DNA of 64,000 nucleotides from Massilia sp. (GCA_039649125.1 JBBWZO010000350.1:973-64972); one strand, 5' to 3'; positions 1-12,975 are shown, counted from the first letter of the stretch. Translations and numbers: made by a program. Notes: generated by a model not told the origin, from the sequence alone.

Positions 1-343
1 CTTTTTCCTGCGCGGCAAGGGCCGTAACGAGGGCATGGTGCGGGTGCGGCCGGAACTGCGCCAGCTCGTGACCTTCCGCCAGCTGAATTTGCTGTCGGAC
101 AGCTGGCCCCTGATTGGCCAAACGAACGGGCAGAAAAGCGGGCAGTTCGACGCCATCTTCTGCCGCAATGTGATGATTTATTTTGACAAGGAAACGCAGC
201 GCAAGATCCTGGCGCGCTTCGTGCCCCTGATGAAGCCGCACGCGCTGCTGTTCGCAGGCCACTCCGAGAACTTCCTGTACGTGTCGGACTCGCTGCGCCT
301 GCGCGGCAAGACCGTCTACGAACTCAATGACCGACGCACCTGA
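1..343 (+). CDS. cheR: Chemotaxis methyltransferase CheR, C-terminal part (truncated by window start)
   Basis: FDAIFCRNVMIYFD and LFAGHSE motifs; directly upstream of cheD-cheB. Confidence 0.95.
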   Translation, partial: FFLRGKGRNEGMVRVRPELRQLVTFRQLNLLSDSWPLIGQTNGQKSGQFDAIFCRNVMIYFDKETQRKILARFVPLMKPHALLFAGHSENFLYVSDSLRLRGKTVYELNDRRT

Positions 344-366
344 GCGCCTGGACCTGCGCACACCCC

Positions 367-969
367 ATGCATTCGAATAACCAGTTCGCCACCAACGTCT
401 ACTACGACCGCACCTTCGACTGCGACGCGGCGAAGATCCTGCCGGGTGAGTACTACTACACCGGCAAGAACATGCTGATCGTGACCGTGCTCGGCTCCTG
501 CGTGTCGGCCTGCATCCGCGACCGTATCACCGGCCTGGGCGGCATGAACCATTTCATGCTGCCCGACGGCGGCGGCGACGCCGGCAACCCGGTGTCGGTC
601 TCGATGCGTTACGGCACCTTTGCCATGGAAGTGCTGATCAACGACCTGCTGAAGGCCGGTGCACGCCGCGAGAACCTGGAAGCGAAGGTGTTCGGCGGCG
701 GCGCCGTGCTGCGCGGCCTCACCGCGATGAACGTGGGTGAACGCAATGCCAGTTTCGTGATGAATTTCCTGAAGACCGAACGCATCCCGGTGCTGGCCGA
801 GGACCTGAACGACATCTATCCGCGCAAGGTGTATTTCTTCCCGCGCACGGGCAAGGTACTGGTCAAGAAACTGATGCAAACCCAGAACGACACCCTGGCC
901 AAGCGCGAACTCGACTACGCCAAGCGCCTCAAGGTCGAGCCGGTGGGCGGCGCGATCGATCTGTTCTGA
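367..969 (+). CDS. cheD: Chemoreceptor glutamine deamidase CheD
   Basis: [31 protein letters not shown] motifs; operon context. Confidence 0.96.
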   Translation: MHSNNQFATNVYYDRTFDCDAAKILPGEYYYTGKNMLIVTVLGSCVSACIRDRITGLGGMNHFMLPDGGGDAGNPVSVSMRYGTFAMEVLINDLLKAGARRENLEAKVFGGGAVLRGLTAMNVGERNASFVMNFLKTERIPVLAEDLNDIYPRKVYFFPRTGKVLVKKLMQTQNDTLAKRELDYAKRLKVEPVGGAIDLF

Positions 970-980
970 CCACGAAGGAT

Positions 981-2051
981 ATGACGATGAAAACCAAGGT
1001 CCTGATCGTCGACGACTCGGCCCTGATCCGCAGCGTGATGAGCGAGATCGTCAATTCGCAGCCCGACATGGAGGTGGTCGCCACGGCCCCCGATCCGCTC
1101 GTCGCGCGAGAACTGATCAAGAAACACAATCCCGACGTGCTGACCCTCGACGTCGAGATGCCGAAGATGGACGGCCTCGATTTCCTGGAAAAGCTGATGC
1201 GCCTGCGCCCGATGCCGGTGCTGATGATCTCGAGCCTGACCGAGCGCGGCTCGGAAATCACGATGCGCGCGCTGGAGCTCGGCGCGGTCGATTTCGTGAC
1301 CAAGCCGAAGCTGTCGATCCAGACCGGCATGCGCGAATACACGGAACTGATCGCCGACAAGATCCGCGCCGCCGCGCGCGCCCGCGTCAAGGCGAGGACG
1401 GTGCAGCAAGGCGTCGCGCCAAGCGCGCTGCCGGCGCTGCGCAGCCCCTTAACCTCTTCGGAAAAACTGATCATCATCGGCGCCTCGACCGGGGGCACCG
1501 AGGCGATCCGCGAGTTCCTGATGCAGATGCCCTCGGACTGCCCCGGCATCCTGATCGCCCAGCACATGCCCGAAGGCTTCACCAGCTCGTTCGCCAGGCG
1601 CCTCGATTCCCTATGCAAGATCCGGGTGCTCGAGGCCGCAGGCAACGAACGCGTGCTGCCCGGCCATGCCTACATCGCCCCCGGCCACTCGCATCTGCTG
1701 TTGACGCGCTCGGGCGCCAACTACATGACGAAGATCGAGCAGAGCGAGCCGGTCAACCGGCACCGGCCCTCGGTCGACGTGCTGTTCCGCTCGGCGGCAC
1801 AGGCAGCCGGCAAGAATGCGGTCGGCGTGATCCTGACCGGCATGGGGAAGGATGGCGCCGCCGGCATGCTTGAAATGACAAACGCGGGCGCGCACAATTT
1901 CGCCCAGGATGAAGCTTCCTGCGTCGTGTTCGGCATGCCGCGCGAAGCCATTGCCATTGGCGCCGCCCACGAAGTGGCGTCCTTGAGCGCGCTGCCGGGA
2001 CTGGTGCTCGGCCATATGTCGGCCCAGGGCGGCCGGGCGTTGCGCGTTTGA
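981..2051 (+). CDS. cheB: Chemotaxis response regulator methylesterase CheB
   Basis: Receiver domain plus [19 protein letters not shown] motifs. Confidence 0.97.
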   Translation: MTMKTKVLIVDDSALIRSVMSEIVNSQPDMEVVATAPDPLVARELIKKHNPDVLTLDVEMPKMDGLDFLEKLMRLRPMPVLMISSLTERGSEITMRALELGAVDFVTKPKLSIQTGMREYTELIADKIRAAARARVKARTVQQGVAPSALPALRSPLTSSEKLIIIGASTGGTEAIREFLMQMPSDCPGILIAQHMPEGFTSSFARRLDSLCKIRVLEAAGNERVLPGHAYIAPGHSHLLLTRSGANYMTKIEQSEPVNRHRPSVDVLFRSAAQAAGKNAVGVILTGMGKDGAAGMLEMTNAGAHNFAQDEASCVVFGMPREAIAIGAAHEVASLSALPGLVLGHMSAQGGRALRV

Positions 2052-2175
2052 TCCGGATCGACTCCTTTTCCGCCGGTTTTATCGCCGTACGGCAACAAAA
2101 ATGCTATTCTTGAGGCTGCTTGTTGCAGCGACTCAAGCCACACTAACCATTAGTAAAGATTCAACGGAGTAATTC

Positions 2176-2568
2176 ATGGCTGATCCAAAGATGCGTTTCC
2201 TGGTTGTTGACGATTTCTCGACGATGCGCCGCATCGTCCGGAATCTGTTGAAGGAACTGGGTTACACGAACGTCGACGAAGCGGAAGACGGTGCGATGGC
2301 GCTGGCCAAGCTGCGCAGCGAACAGTTCGACTTCGTGGTCTCCGACTGGAACATGCCAAACATGGACGGTCTGACCATGCTGCAACACATCCGTGCCGAC
2401 CCCGCACTGGCCAAGCTGCCGGTACTGATGGTCACCGCCGAAGCGAAGAAGGAAAACATCATCGCCGCCGCCCAGGCCGGCGCCAGCGGTTACGTCGTCA
2501 AGCCGTTCACCGCGGCTACGCTCGACGAGAAGCTGAACAAGATTTTCGAGAAAATGGAAAAGGCTTGA
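2176..2568 (+). CDS. cheY: Chemotaxis response regulator CheY
   Basis: [26 protein letters not shown] motifs. Confidence 0.98.
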   Translation: MADPKMRFLVVDDFSTMRRIVRNLLKELGYTNVDEAEDGAMALAKLRSEQFDFVVSDWNMPNMDGLTMLQHIRADPALAKLPVLMVTAEAKKENIIAAAQAGASGYVVKPFTAATLDEKLNKIFEKMEKA

Positions 2569-2570
2569 AC

Positions 2571-3218
2571 ATGGTCGAGCCAACCGCCGAGGTAGCTTCG
2601 CACGACGAAGTCCTGGCCCGGGTCGGCCACATGACACGCGCGCTGCACGACAGCCTGCGCGGCCTGGGGCTGGACAAGCTGGTCGAGAAAGCGGCAAGCG
2701 ACATTCCGGACGCGCGCGACCGGCTCGATTATGTGGCGCGCCTGTCGGAACAGGCAGCCAAGCGCGTGCTCGACGCGACCGATACCGCCAGTCCCCTGCA
2801 GGACGCGATCGAACAGCGCAGCGCCGAGCTGCGCACGGCCTGGCAGGCGATGCTCGATGGCGGCGCAGGCGCCAATACCGGCGATATGCAGGACTGGCGC
2901 GCGCTGGCCGAGCGCACGGTGGCGGCCATGGCCGAATCCGAGCGTGCGGCAGCAGGCACCCGTGCCGAGCTGATGAACATCATGCTGGCGCAGGACTTCC
3001 AGGACCTGACCGGCCAGGTGATCGGCAAGATCACCTCGATCGCGCAGGACCTGGAAAAGCAGCTGGTGCAAGTGCTGATCGATTTCGCCCCGAGCGAGAT
3101 CAAGCGCGACCTCGACAACGGCCTGCTGAACGGGCCGCAGATCAAGCCCGAGGGCAACCTCGAGGTCGTGGCCAACCAGGGCCAGGTCGACGATCTGCTC
3201 GACAGCCTGGGCTTCTGA
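2571..3218 (+). CDS. cheZ: Chemotaxis phosphatase CheZ
   Basis: AQDFQDLTGQVI and C-terminal QGQVDDLLDSLGF; ATG at 2571 chosen. Confidence 0.95.
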   Translation: MVEPTAEVASHDEVLARVGHMTRALHDSLRGLGLDKLVEKAASDIPDARDRLDYVARLSEQAAKRVLDATDTASPLQDAIEQRSAELRTAWQAMLDGGAGANTGDMQDWRALAERTVAAMAESERAAAGTRAELMNIMLAQDFQDLTGQVIGKITSIAQDLEKQLVQVLIDFAPSEIKRDLDNGLLNGPQIKPEGNLEVVANQGQVDDLLDSLGF

Positions 3219-3277
3219 CGGACAGGTTTCAAGCAAGGCGGCGCCACGGCGCCATCCGATTCTTTCGCGACTCACCA

Positions 3278-4483
3278 ATGCATCACACCAACTATATTGT
3301 TCGCGAACCGCTGCTCGATCCTGCGCAGCGCGTCATCGGTTACGAATTGCTGTGGCAGCGCGGCGGCCAGCCGGTCGGCGACGCGGACCTCGAGCAGCTG
3401 GTCGCCTTCGTGGCCGAACACGTCCAGCACGAAGACCATGGCTGGCTGCTGCGCGACAAGCAGCTCTTCCTCGACGCCGTGCCGGCGATGCTGTCGACCG
3501 ACGCGCTGTTCGCGCTGCCGCCCGAGCGGACCGTGCTGAGCCTGCAGGCCCGGCACCTGATGGACCCGAACAGCCGCGCCGCCGTGCAGGCCGTGCGCGC
3601 CGGCGGCGTCGGCATTTCGCTGCGCGGCCTCGAGGTCAAGCACATCACCAAGGCCCTGGTTCCCTATGCCTCCCGCGTCGAGATGCGCTTTGCCGGCATC
3701 AACGTGGCCGAGCAGGCGCGCAGCTATGCGGCGGCGAAGCAGGCTTCACTGCGCATCGTCGGGCGCCCGGTCAGCAACTGGATCGACTACGACGCCTGCG
3801 CCGCGCTCGGCCTGGACGCCTTTGTCGGCAAGCTGCACCTGACCCCGCGCCCGGGCAACCCGGTCACGGGACTGAACCCGACCCAGACCATCATCCTGCA
3901 GCTGATGCAGATGGTGCAGAACAACGAGGACATCCCGAAGCTGGAGGGCGTGCTGAAGCGCGACCCGGCGCTGACCTACAAGCTTTTACGCAACATCAAC
4001 TCGGCCGGCTTCGGCGCCGGCCGCGAAGTGCAATCGATCCGCCAGGCCATCAGCCTGATGGGCTACGCGCCGCTGTACCGCTGGCTGACTCTGCTGCTGG
4101 CCGGCGCCAGCGAAAGCGGCTATTCGCCGGTGCTGATGGAAACGGCCGTGGTGCGCGGGCGCCTTACCGAACTGCTGGGCCTGAGCAAGCTGCCGAAAGG
4201 CGAGGGAGAAAACCTGTTCGTGGCCGGCATGTTCTCGCTGCTGGACCGCCTGCTGGGCCTGCCGATGCAGCAGGTGCTCGAAACGATTCCGCTGCCAGCC
4301 GAAGTGGTGCGCGCGCTGCTGCGGCGCGAAGGCGTCTACGGGCCTTACCTGGCCCTGGCCGAGGCCTGCGAGCTCAGTTCCAACCTGGTCGGCGCGCTGG
4401 CCGGCTCGCTCGACCTGAGCCCGCTCGAAGTCAACAAGGCGCATTTGTCGGCGCTGGCGTGGGCGCAGGCGGTCACCCAATAG
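3278..4483 (+). CDS. Degenerate EAL plus HDOD domain protein
   Basis: REPLLD..IGYELL N-terminus; HDOD region (RDPALTYKLLRNINS, FVAGMFSLLD); no DDFGTG motif. Confidence 0.85.
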   Translation: MHHTNYIVREPLLDPAQRVIGYELLWQRGGQPVGDADLEQLVAFVAEHVQHEDHGWLLRDKQLFLDAVPAMLSTDALFALPPERTVLSLQARHLMDPNSRAAVQAVRAGGVGISLRGLEVKHITKALVPYASRVEMRFAGINVAEQARSYAAAKQASLRIVGRPVSNWIDYDACAALGLDAFVGKLHLTPRPGNPVTGLNPTQTIILQLMQMVQNNEDIPKLEGVLKRDPALTYKLLRNINSAGFGAGREVQSIRQAISLMGYAPLYRWLTLLLAGASESGYSPVLMETAVVRGRLTELLGLSKLPKGEGENLFVAGMFSLLDRLLGLPMQQVLETIPLPAEVVRALLRREGVYGPYLALAEACELSSNLVGALAGSLDLSPLEVNKAHLSALAWAQAVTQ

Positions 4484-4562
4484 GTTTGCCCGATACCGAA
4501 CACGGACGCGGGTGCGGTCTTGCGCCTGTGTCGCATGTTCGATATCCACGTGCCCAGGCACT

Positions 4563-4814
4563 TCATTCCCTGTGGCGCGGCGGATACCACGGCTGCGGCT
4601 GCGCGCCTGCGTCCGCCGAGCGGCCCAGCCGCAGGAGGATCCAGCCGAGGAAAAGCATGGGTGCGCTCATCGCCGAGGTCAGGAGTAATGCGGGCACGAC
4701 GGGTGCATGCATCCAGATGACGACGCCGAACAGATAAACGAGGGCGGCGAATCCGGTAAATACGTACACCAGCGTGCCGGCCAGCCGAGATAGCGTCTTT
4801 ACCAATGTTTTCAT
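4563..4814 (-). CDS. Small membrane protein, two predicted TM helices
   Basis: 83-aa ATG ORF filling the gap between genes, with two hydrophobic stretches. Confidence 0.55.
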   Translation of the reverse strand: MKTLVKTLSRLAGTLVYVFTGFAALVYLFGVVIWMHAPVVPALLLTSAMSAPMLFLGWILLRLGRSADAGAQPQPWYPPRHRE

Positions 4815-4884
4815 TGGCGCGGCGATCGTCCCGCTCGAGGTGAAGGCGGTGACGCTCTCTGTGGGCGCCGTCTCGGCAGGTCCG

Positions 4885-5658
4885 TTACCGCCCGCGGTTC
4901 GACGTCACCAGCCGCTCCAGCGTCTGCCGCATCTGCATCTCCATATGGTCGATACTGCACCCGACCTGTACCTGCTCGCCCAGCAGGAAGCTGCGGAAAG
5001 GCCGCAGCAGGCGGATTTCGAGGTCGACGACGATCGATAAAGCCGGCCCCAGTTGCAGGCGCACGCTCTTCAGCTTTCGGCCGAGATACAGATCCGCCGC
5101 CTGGTCGGGCGAGGCGCGCAGGCCGACACCGCTGGTGGAATAGTCGCATAGCGGCAGCTCGAACTGCTTGTTGGTGAGGGTGAAGGTGGCGGCAAAGTTG
5201 CCGTTCACGGGCGTTTCCAGGCGCGGCGCCGCGCGCCGGTTCAGCACCAGGCAGCTTCCGGGGAATACGGCCGGTACCAGGTTCGGCTGGCCCTGGGGCG
5301 CCCAGTCGCTTTCCAGGTCGAATTGCAGTTTCGCATTGCCGCCCAGGGCGGCGACGAAGGTCGCGCGTCCGGGGGGAATCCCGAAATCGCCGACCAGGTC
5401 GAGCACGAAATGCGGCTCTTCCGGGTCGACCGAGTCGATGCGCGCCAGCATCGGCTCGGCCTGCCCCTCGGGGAAAATGGTCAGCGGTTCGCCGGACTCG
5501 GCCAATGCGGTAAAAGTCTCGCCGATGTCATACGGGTCGCGCATCTGGTGCGGCGACATGGTCGGTGCGATGGGCGCCAGCCGGTCGGTCGGACGGGGCG
5601 GGCCCTTGCGGGGCGGACGGGGAGGGGAATCGGTCACGACGGTGGTCCTTGCTGGCAT
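4885..5658 (-). CDS. YcgR-like flagellar brake / PilZ domain protein
   Basis: PilZ c-di-GMP motifs RRAAPR and DYSTSG after a YcgR-N-like region; start uncertain (ORF extends to 5712). Confidence 0.82.
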   Translation of the reverse strand: MPARTTVVTDSPPRPPRKGPPRPTDRLAPIAPTMSPHQMRDPYDIGETFTALAESGEPLTIFPEGQAEPMLARIDSVDPEEPHFVLDLVGDFGIPPGRATFVAALGGNAKLQFDLESDWAPQGQPNLVPAVFPGSCLVLNRRAAPRLETPVNGNFAATFTLTNKQFELPLCDYSTSGVGLRASPDQAADLYLGRKLKSVRLQLGPALSIVVDLEIRLLRPFRSFLLGEQVQVGCSIDHMEMQMRQTLERLVTSNRGR

Positions 5659-5713
5659 AAACTGCCCGGCATGAGGGCCGGGCATTTGACAGTATAAACC
5701 GCCGTGTCTCATG

Positions 5714-5740
5714 TTGCAAAAAGTTAAGACCTTTTTGCAA
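5714..5740. promoter_or_regulatory. AT-rich inverted repeat (operator or terminator)
   Basis: TTGCAAAAAG-N7-CTTTTTGCAA, perfect 10-bp arms between panC and the PilZ gene. Confidence 0.4.
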
Positions 5741-5760
5741 AAGAGCAGCGTCGATACGTC

Positions 5761-7550
<1,790 letters not shown>

Positions 7551-7562
7551 GCCTGTTGGCCT

Positions 7563-7763
7563 TTAGACCTTGGTCTGGTACGGGTAAGCCTGCTGGCGCA
7601 GGCGCGACTGCTTGACGCGCTCTTCTTCTTCGAGCGAAATCGGCGCCTTGTCCCACAGCAGGGAACGGCCTTCCTGCTGGCGCTGCTCCATGCCAGGGGT
7701 CTTGGCTTTCAGCTCTTCGATGAACTTGGTGTGGTCGGACACGTAACCGGTGAATTTAGGCAT
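7563..7763 (-). CDS. DUF3460-like small protein
   Basis: YVSDHTKF...GRSLLWDK...YPYQ; usual position upstream of scpA in Betaproteobacteria. Confidence 0.85.
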   Translation of the reverse strand: MPKFTGYVSDHTKFIEELKAKTPGMEQRQQEGRSLLWDKAPISLEEEERVKQSRLRQQAYPYQTKV

Positions 7764-7835
7764 TGTTTTAGTTTGGAAAAAGAAAAGCCGGGACGGCGAG
7801 CAGATTGTTCTGTCCGGGCGTCCCGGCGTCAAGCA

Positions 7836-9152
7836 TTATGGGTGCAGGGCGTTCAGCTGGCGCGCGATGATGTCGTGGTTCAGCCACAGCACCGGGGCAA
7901 TCTTTTCGGATGCGCCGTGGAACATCAGCGGGCCGGCGCCTTCCAGCACGAGCGAGGACAGGTGGTCGGTGATCAGGGCCTTCTTGTCCTTGTGCAGGGC
8001 GGTGATGGCTTCCGAGGTGCCGATCATGACATCGGCCAGGGCCGGAGTGTTGTCCATCGGCCAGGCTTCGAAGTTGCGGAACTGGGCGCTGGTCGCGTCG
8101 TTGTTGTACTGCTCGATCTGGTCGAGCAGGGATTGCAGCGACGTTCCTTCGCCCAGCCGGTCCTGGCAGATTTGCCATTGCTGTTCGGCCCAGGCGCCGC
8201 CGCCTTCCTTCTTCAGGGCGGTCAGGAGCGGGAACAGCGACAGTTCGACGCCGACGAAAATGTCCGACGAATTGGTGCGGATTTCCGGGCAGTTGAAGAC
8301 GGTGGCGGCGATGCCCTGGTTCCAGGCGGCCTGGGCGACGCTTTCCAGGCGCATCTTGGCGTAGCCCTGGGTGTAGTTGGTGTAGGTCTGCCAGACGTAT
8401 TTGCCGCCGATCAGGATCTCGGTGCCATGGTAGCCGTAGGCCGTGTAGCGCACTTCGCCGCCGGCTCGCGTCACGCGCTCACGGATCGCTTTAGACGCGT
8501 CGATCAGGTACTTCAGCGTGTTGGCGGTGACTTCGTCGAAGTTCATCAGGATCAGCTTGCCCAGGTCGCTGTCGAGCAGGGCGCGCGAGGACATGAAGCG
8601 CTCGCCGCGGCCTTTATAGATGCGGTTGGCAATGGCCAGGAAAGCCTTGATCTTCGGAATGCCGCCCGCCATGGTGTGGGCGAAGAACACGTTCGCGCCT
8701 TCGGGGATCAGTTTGTCGATCTCCTGCATGACCTGGGCGGCCGAGGTGGTGAAGCGGCGCACGCCGGCTTCGCGGCAGCGCTCGATCTTTTCCCAGTCCA
8801 GCTTGTCTTCCTGCCAGCTCTTCAGGGTAATGCCCGAGAGCATCTCGGTCGGATTCTGCTCGCCTTCCGGCGCGTCCATGTCGAAGCCGGCCATCAGCGG
8901 CACGTTGATGATGCGCCCGCCCAGTTTCTCTTCGGCCTCCGCATGCTCTTCCGCGGTCAGCGCGCGCAGGGCGCCGGATTCGTCGCGGCGGCCGACGGTG
9001 ATGCCGACGATGGTCATGCCCGCCTTGCGTGCCTCATCGATCAGGCCATTGACATAGCCACGGCCGAACAGTTCGCCGAACAGGACGAAGACGTCGCCCT
9101 TGCGGAACACGTTGGCTTGCGGAATGTGGCGGAGGGGAGTCAATTCGGTCAT
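7836..9152 (-). CDS. FabMG-family enoyl-ACP reductase
   Basis: VLFGELFGRGY..ITVGRRD N-terminus, FAHTMAGGIP, AYGYHG, YTNYTQGYAK; family recognised from memory. Confidence 0.75.
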   Translation of the reverse strand: MTELTPLRHIPQANVFRKGDVFVLFGELFGRGYVNGLIDEARKAGMTIVGITVGRRDESGALRALTAEEHAEAEEKLGGRIINVPLMAGFDMDAPEGEQNPTEMLSGITLKSWQEDKLDWEKIERCREAGVRRFTTSAAQVMQEIDKLIPEGANVFFAHTMAGGIPKIKAFLAIANRIYKGRGERFMSSRALLDSDLGKLILMNFDEVTANTLKYLIDASKAIRERVTRAGGEVRYTAYGYHGTEILIGGKYVWQTYTNYTQGYAKMRLESVAQAAWNQGIAATVFNCPEIRTNSSDIFVGVELSLFPLLTALKKEGGGAWAEQQWQICQDRLGEGTSLQSLLDQIEQYNNDATSAQFRNFEAWPMDNTPALADVMIGTSEAITALHKDKKALITDHLSSLVLEGAGPLMFHGASEKIAPVLWLNHDIIARQLNALHP

Positions 9153-9280
9153 TTTGTTAGCTACCTATCAAAGAGTTTGAAGGGGCGTCAGGCGCATGTT
9201 TCTTCAAAAAAACGGCATTATAACGTCGCCGCCTACCCCGGGAAACGGCTGGTCCCGGGTGCAGCGACAGGCTGTCGGTC

Positions 9281-11413
9281 TTAGCGGATGCGCATGCCCG
9301 GGGTTGCGCCCGGCATCGGGTCGAGCAGGTACAGGCCCGGATTGGTCTTCTCGTCCGCGCTTGATGCGCACAGCACCATGCCTTCCGACACGCCGAACTT
9401 CATCTTGCGTGGCGCCAGATTGGCCACCAGCACGGTCAGCTTGCCGATCAGGTCTTCCGGCTGGTAGGCCGACTTGATGCCTGAGAACACGTTACGGTGG
9501 CGGCCTTCGCCCACGTCCAGCGTCAGGCGCAGCAGCTTGCTGGAACCTTCGACGTGCTCGCAGTTGACGATCTTCGCCACGCGCAGGTCGATCTTGGTGA
9601 AGTCGTCGACCGTGATTTCCGGAGCCAGTTCTTCGATGTCGCCAGCCGCTGTTTCGGCAGCTGGTGCGGCGGCCGGCGCAGCCGGGGCCGGGGCGGCGAC
9701 GGCCGGCTTGTCGAACAGGTTCTCGACCATCTTGGCGTCCACGCGCTGCATCAGGTGGCTGTAGGCGCCGATGCTGCGGCCCAGCAGGCTGTAGACGGCG
9801 TCGCCCTGGGTGTCGGCCCAGCTGATGTCGCTGTCGCCCAGGAATTCGCCCACGCGCGCGGCCACCTGCGGCAGCACCGGCGACAGCATGATGGTCAGCT
9901 GGCGGAACAGGATCAGGGCCGTGGTGCAGACTTCGTGCAGTTCGGCGACCCTGGTCTCGTCCTTGGCCAGGATCCATGGCTTGTTCTCGTCGACGTACTG
10001 GTTGGTGACATCGGCGATTTCCATGATCTCGCGCAGGGCGCGGCCGAATTCACGCGCCTCGAAGCTGGCGGCGATGCTGGCCTGGCGTTCGGCGCCCTCA
10101 TTGTCCTGCGCGGTCAGCGCTTTCGCGATCCACGAGCGGGCGTTGTCCGACAGCGACGAAGCCAGCTTGCCGTCGAACTTCTTGGCAATGAAACCGGCGC
10201 AGCGGCTGGCGATGTTGACGTACTTGCCGATCAGGTCGCTATTCACGCGGGCGACGAAGTCGTCGCCGTTGAAATCCAGGTCCTCGACCTTGGCGTTCAG
10301 CTTGAAGGCCAGGTAATAGCGCAGCCATTCCGGATTCATGCCCAGTTCCAGGTAGCGCAGCGGCGAGATGCCGGTGCCGCGCGACTTCGACATCTTTTCG
10401 TTGTTCACGGTCAGGTGGCCGTGCACGGCGACTTTCAGCTTGTCGATGATCGGGTGGCCCGAGAAGCTCAGCATCGCCGGCCAGAACAGCAGGTGGAAGG
10501 AGACGATGTCCTTGCCGATGAAGTGGACCTGCTCGGCGCCCGGATCCTTCAGGAAGGCGTCGAAGTCGAGGCCCTGCTTGTCGAAGTAATTCTTCAGCGA
10601 AGCCAGGTAGCCGACCGGCGCGTCCAGCCAGACGTAGAAGAACTTGCCCGGCGCATCGGGAATCGGGATGCCGAAGTAGGGCGCGTCACGGGAAATATCC
10701 CAGTCGGCCAGCTTTTCGCCGGATTCGCCGAGCCACTCCGAGACTTTGTTCACCATTTCGGACTGCAGGCGGCCAGGGGTGTTCAGCCACACCTTCAGGA
10801 AGTGGAAGCAGCGCGGGTCGGACAGCTTGAAGAAATACTGCTCGGACGGCTTCAGCACCGGGGTCGAGCCGGTGAAGACCGAGAACGGGTTCACCAGTTC
10901 GGTCGGCTGGTAGGCGGCGCCGCAGACTTCGCAGTTGTCGCCGTACTGGTCTTTCGCACCGCACTTCGGGCACTCGCCCTTGATGTTGCGGTCGGCCAGG
11001 AACATGCCCTTGACCGGGTCGAAGAAGCGGTCGACGGTCTTGGTGACGATCAGGCCGGCGTCGCGCAGCTTGCGGTAGATGCCCTGCGACAGCTCGACGT
11101 TTTCCGGCGAATCGGTGGAGTACCAGTTGTCGAAGCCGATGTGGAAGCCGTCCAGGTACTGGGCACGGCCGGCGGCGATCTTCGCCACGAATTCCTGCGG
11201 GGTGATGCCTTCCTTCTCGGCGGCGATCATGATCGGCGTGCCGTGGGTGTCGTCGGCGCAAACGAAATGGACCTGGCGTTTGGTATCGCCGTCGCGCTGC
11301 ATTCGCTGGAAGCGGACCCAGATATCGGCCTGGATGTACTCCATCATGTGACCGATGTGGAAGGCGGCGTTGGCGTAGGGCAGGGCGGTGGTGACGAACA
11401 GCTTGCGGGTCAT
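9281..11413 (-). CDS. metG: Methionyl-tRNA synthetase
   Basis: [17 protein letters not shown], CxxC zinc knuckles, C-terminal tRNA-binding domain. Confidence 0.99.
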   Translation of the reverse strand: MTRKLFVTTALPYANAAFHIGHMMEYIQADIWVRFQRMQRDGDTKRQVHFVCADDTHGTPIMIAAEKEGITPQEFVAKIAAGRAQYLDGFHIGFDNWYSTDSPENVELSQGIYRKLRDAGLIVTKTVDRFFDPVKGMFLADRNIKGECPKCGAKDQYGDNCEVCGAAYQPTELVNPFSVFTGSTPVLKPSEQYFFKLSDPRCFHFLKVWLNTPGRLQSEMVNKVSEWLGESGEKLADWDISRDAPYFGIPIPDAPGKFFYVWLDAPVGYLASLKNYFDKQGLDFDAFLKDPGAEQVHFIGKDIVSFHLLFWPAMLSFSGHPIIDKLKVAVHGHLTVNNEKMSKSRGTGISPLRYLELGMNPEWLRYYLAFKLNAKVEDLDFNGDDFVARVNSDLIGKYVNIASRCAGFIAKKFDGKLASSLSDNARSWIAKALTAQDNEGAERQASIAASFEAREFGRALREIMEIADVTNQYVDENKPWILAKDETRVAELHEVCTTALILFRQLTIMLSPVLPQVAARVGEFLGDSDISWADTQGDAVYSLLGRSIGAYSHLMQRVDAKMVENLFDKPAVAAPAPAAPAAAPAAETAAGDIEELAPEITVDDFTKIDLRVAKIVNCEHVEGSSKLLRLTLDVGEGRHRNVFSGIKSAYQPEDLIGKLTVLVANLAPRKMKFGVSEGMVLCASSADEKTNPGLYLLDPMPGATPGMRIR

Positions 11414-11468
11414 GGTCGAAACGCTCGGTAGGATAAAAAAGAATGCATTTTACCAGCGGATAGCCCTG

Positions 11469-11626
11469 AGAACCTATCCCACTAGGGATGGGTCGTTGCT
11501 GGCGCGCCTGACAAGCGGGCGCTGCGTTGCTCGTCGTTGCATGGCTCGCCATGCGGCCTCCTCGCGCCTTGCTCCCGCTCGCCATGCATCGCCATCAACT
11601 TCCCCCTCCCTACTGGGATAGGTTCT
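11469..11626. mobile_element. Miniature inverted-repeat element A
   Basis: 20-bp terminal IR AGAACCTATCCCACTAGGGA / TCCCTACTGGGATAGGTTCT (1 mismatch); internal GCTGCGTTG...CGCCTTG. Confidence 0.7.
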
Positions 11627-11718
11627 GCGCGCAGGGGGTGTTTCCGCCATTTACCACCCAGGCAAGAGGCGATGGGCTGTTTTTTGCTACACTGCGCCCA
11701 TCACATTCGGAGAAACAC

Positions 11719-12807
11719 ATGAGCATCACTACGGACGACGTCAAGGCGGCGTTGACAAAGGTCATCGATCCTAATACGGGCAAGGACTTCGTGTCCTCCA
11801 AATCGGTCAAGAATATCCAGGTTGACGGCGCCGACGTTGCGCTCGACCTCGAACTCGGCTATCCGGCGAAAAGCCAGATCGCCGCGCTGCGCGCGCTGGT
11901 CGTGAACGGGATCAAGACGATCCCGGGCGCCGGCAACGTCAGCGTCAGCGTGCACACCAAAATCCTGTCGCACGCGGTGCAACGGGGTCTGAAGGTGATG
12001 CCGAACGTAAAGAACATCATCGCGGTGGCATCCGGCAAGGGCGGCGTCGGCAAGTCGACCACGGCCGTGAACCTGGCCCTGGCGCTGGCCGCCGAGGGCG
12101 CCAGCGTCGGCGTGCTCGACGCCGACATCTACGGTCCGTCGCAGCCGACCATGCTCGGCATTAACGCGCGTCCGGAGAGCCTGGACGGCAAGACCATGGA
12201 ACCGCTGGAAAACCACGGCGTGCAGGTGTCCTCGATCGGCTTCATGATCGACCCGGACGAGCCGATGGTCTGGCGCGGCCCGATGGTCACCCAGGCGCTG
12301 CAGCAACTGCTGGACCAGACCAACTGGCGCGACCTGGATTACCTGATCGTCGACATGCCGCCGGGCACTGGCGACATCCAGCTGACCCTGTCGCAGAAGG
12401 TGCCGGTCACCGGCGCCGTGATCGTCACCACGCCGCAGGACATCGCCCTGCTCGACGCGCGCAAGGGCCTGAAAATGTTCGAAAAGGTCGGCATCCCGAT
12501 CATCGGCGTGGTGGAAAACATGAGCACCCACATCTGTTCGAACTGCGGCCACACCGAGGCGATCTTCGGCCAGGGCGGCGGCGAGAAGATGTGCAAGGAC
12601 TTCGGCGTCGACTTCCTCGGCGCGCTGCCGCTGACGATGGCAATCCGCGAGCAGGCCGATTCCGGCCGCCCGACGGTCGTGGCCGATCCGGACGGTCCCG
12701 TGGCCAGTGTCTATAAGGAGATCGCGCGCAAGGTGGCGGTCAAGGTCGCCGAGAAGGCGAAGGACATGACCAGCAAGTTCCCGAGCATCGTCGTCAAGAA
12801 CGACTGA
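11719..12807 (+). CDS. apbC: Fe-S cluster carrier ATPase Mrp/ApbC
   Basis: SGKGGVGKST, DADIYGPS, WRGPM, DMPPGTGD, ENMS..CSNC; GGAG RBS before ATG 11719. Confidence 0.96.
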   Translation: MSITTDDVKAALTKVIDPNTGKDFVSSKSVKNIQVDGADVALDLELGYPAKSQIAALRALVVNGIKTIPGAGNVSVSVHTKILSHAVQRGLKVMPNVKNIIAVASGKGGVGKSTTAVNLALALAAEGASVGVLDADIYGPSQPTMLGINARPESLDGKTMEPLENHGVQVSSIGFMIDPDEPMVWRGPMVTQALQQLLDQTNWRDLDYLIVDMPPGTGDIQLTLSQKVPVTGAVIVTTPQDIALLDARKGLKMFEKVGIPIIGVVENMSTHICSNCGHTEAIFGQGGGEKMCKDFGVDFLGALPLTMAIREQADSGRPTVVADPDGPVASVYKEIARKVAVKVAEKAKDMTSKFPSIVVKND

Positions 12808-12950
12808 GAGCGACTAACAAACCCCATGGCTGCGTTGTAATCGTCTCGCCGTACTAGCGTACTGTCTTCGCGGTGCGCCGATGCGACGATTGCGCCGCGC
12901 CTTGAGTGCCCCGCACTCAAGGCCCCTGGGGCTTGTGAGTCGCTCTCAGT
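12803..12950. mobile_element. Miniature inverted-repeat element B
   Basis: 24-bp IR with 2 mismatches (ACTGAGAGCGACTAACAAACCCCA) overlapping the mrp stop; core shared with element C. Confidence 0.7.
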
Positions 12951-12975
12951 AAACTGCTCAGTAAACTGATTAAGC

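Noticed and set aside
11527-11718. N-terminal extension of the Mrp ORF
   Set aside because: Runs through repeat element A; a good RBS precedes ATG 11719
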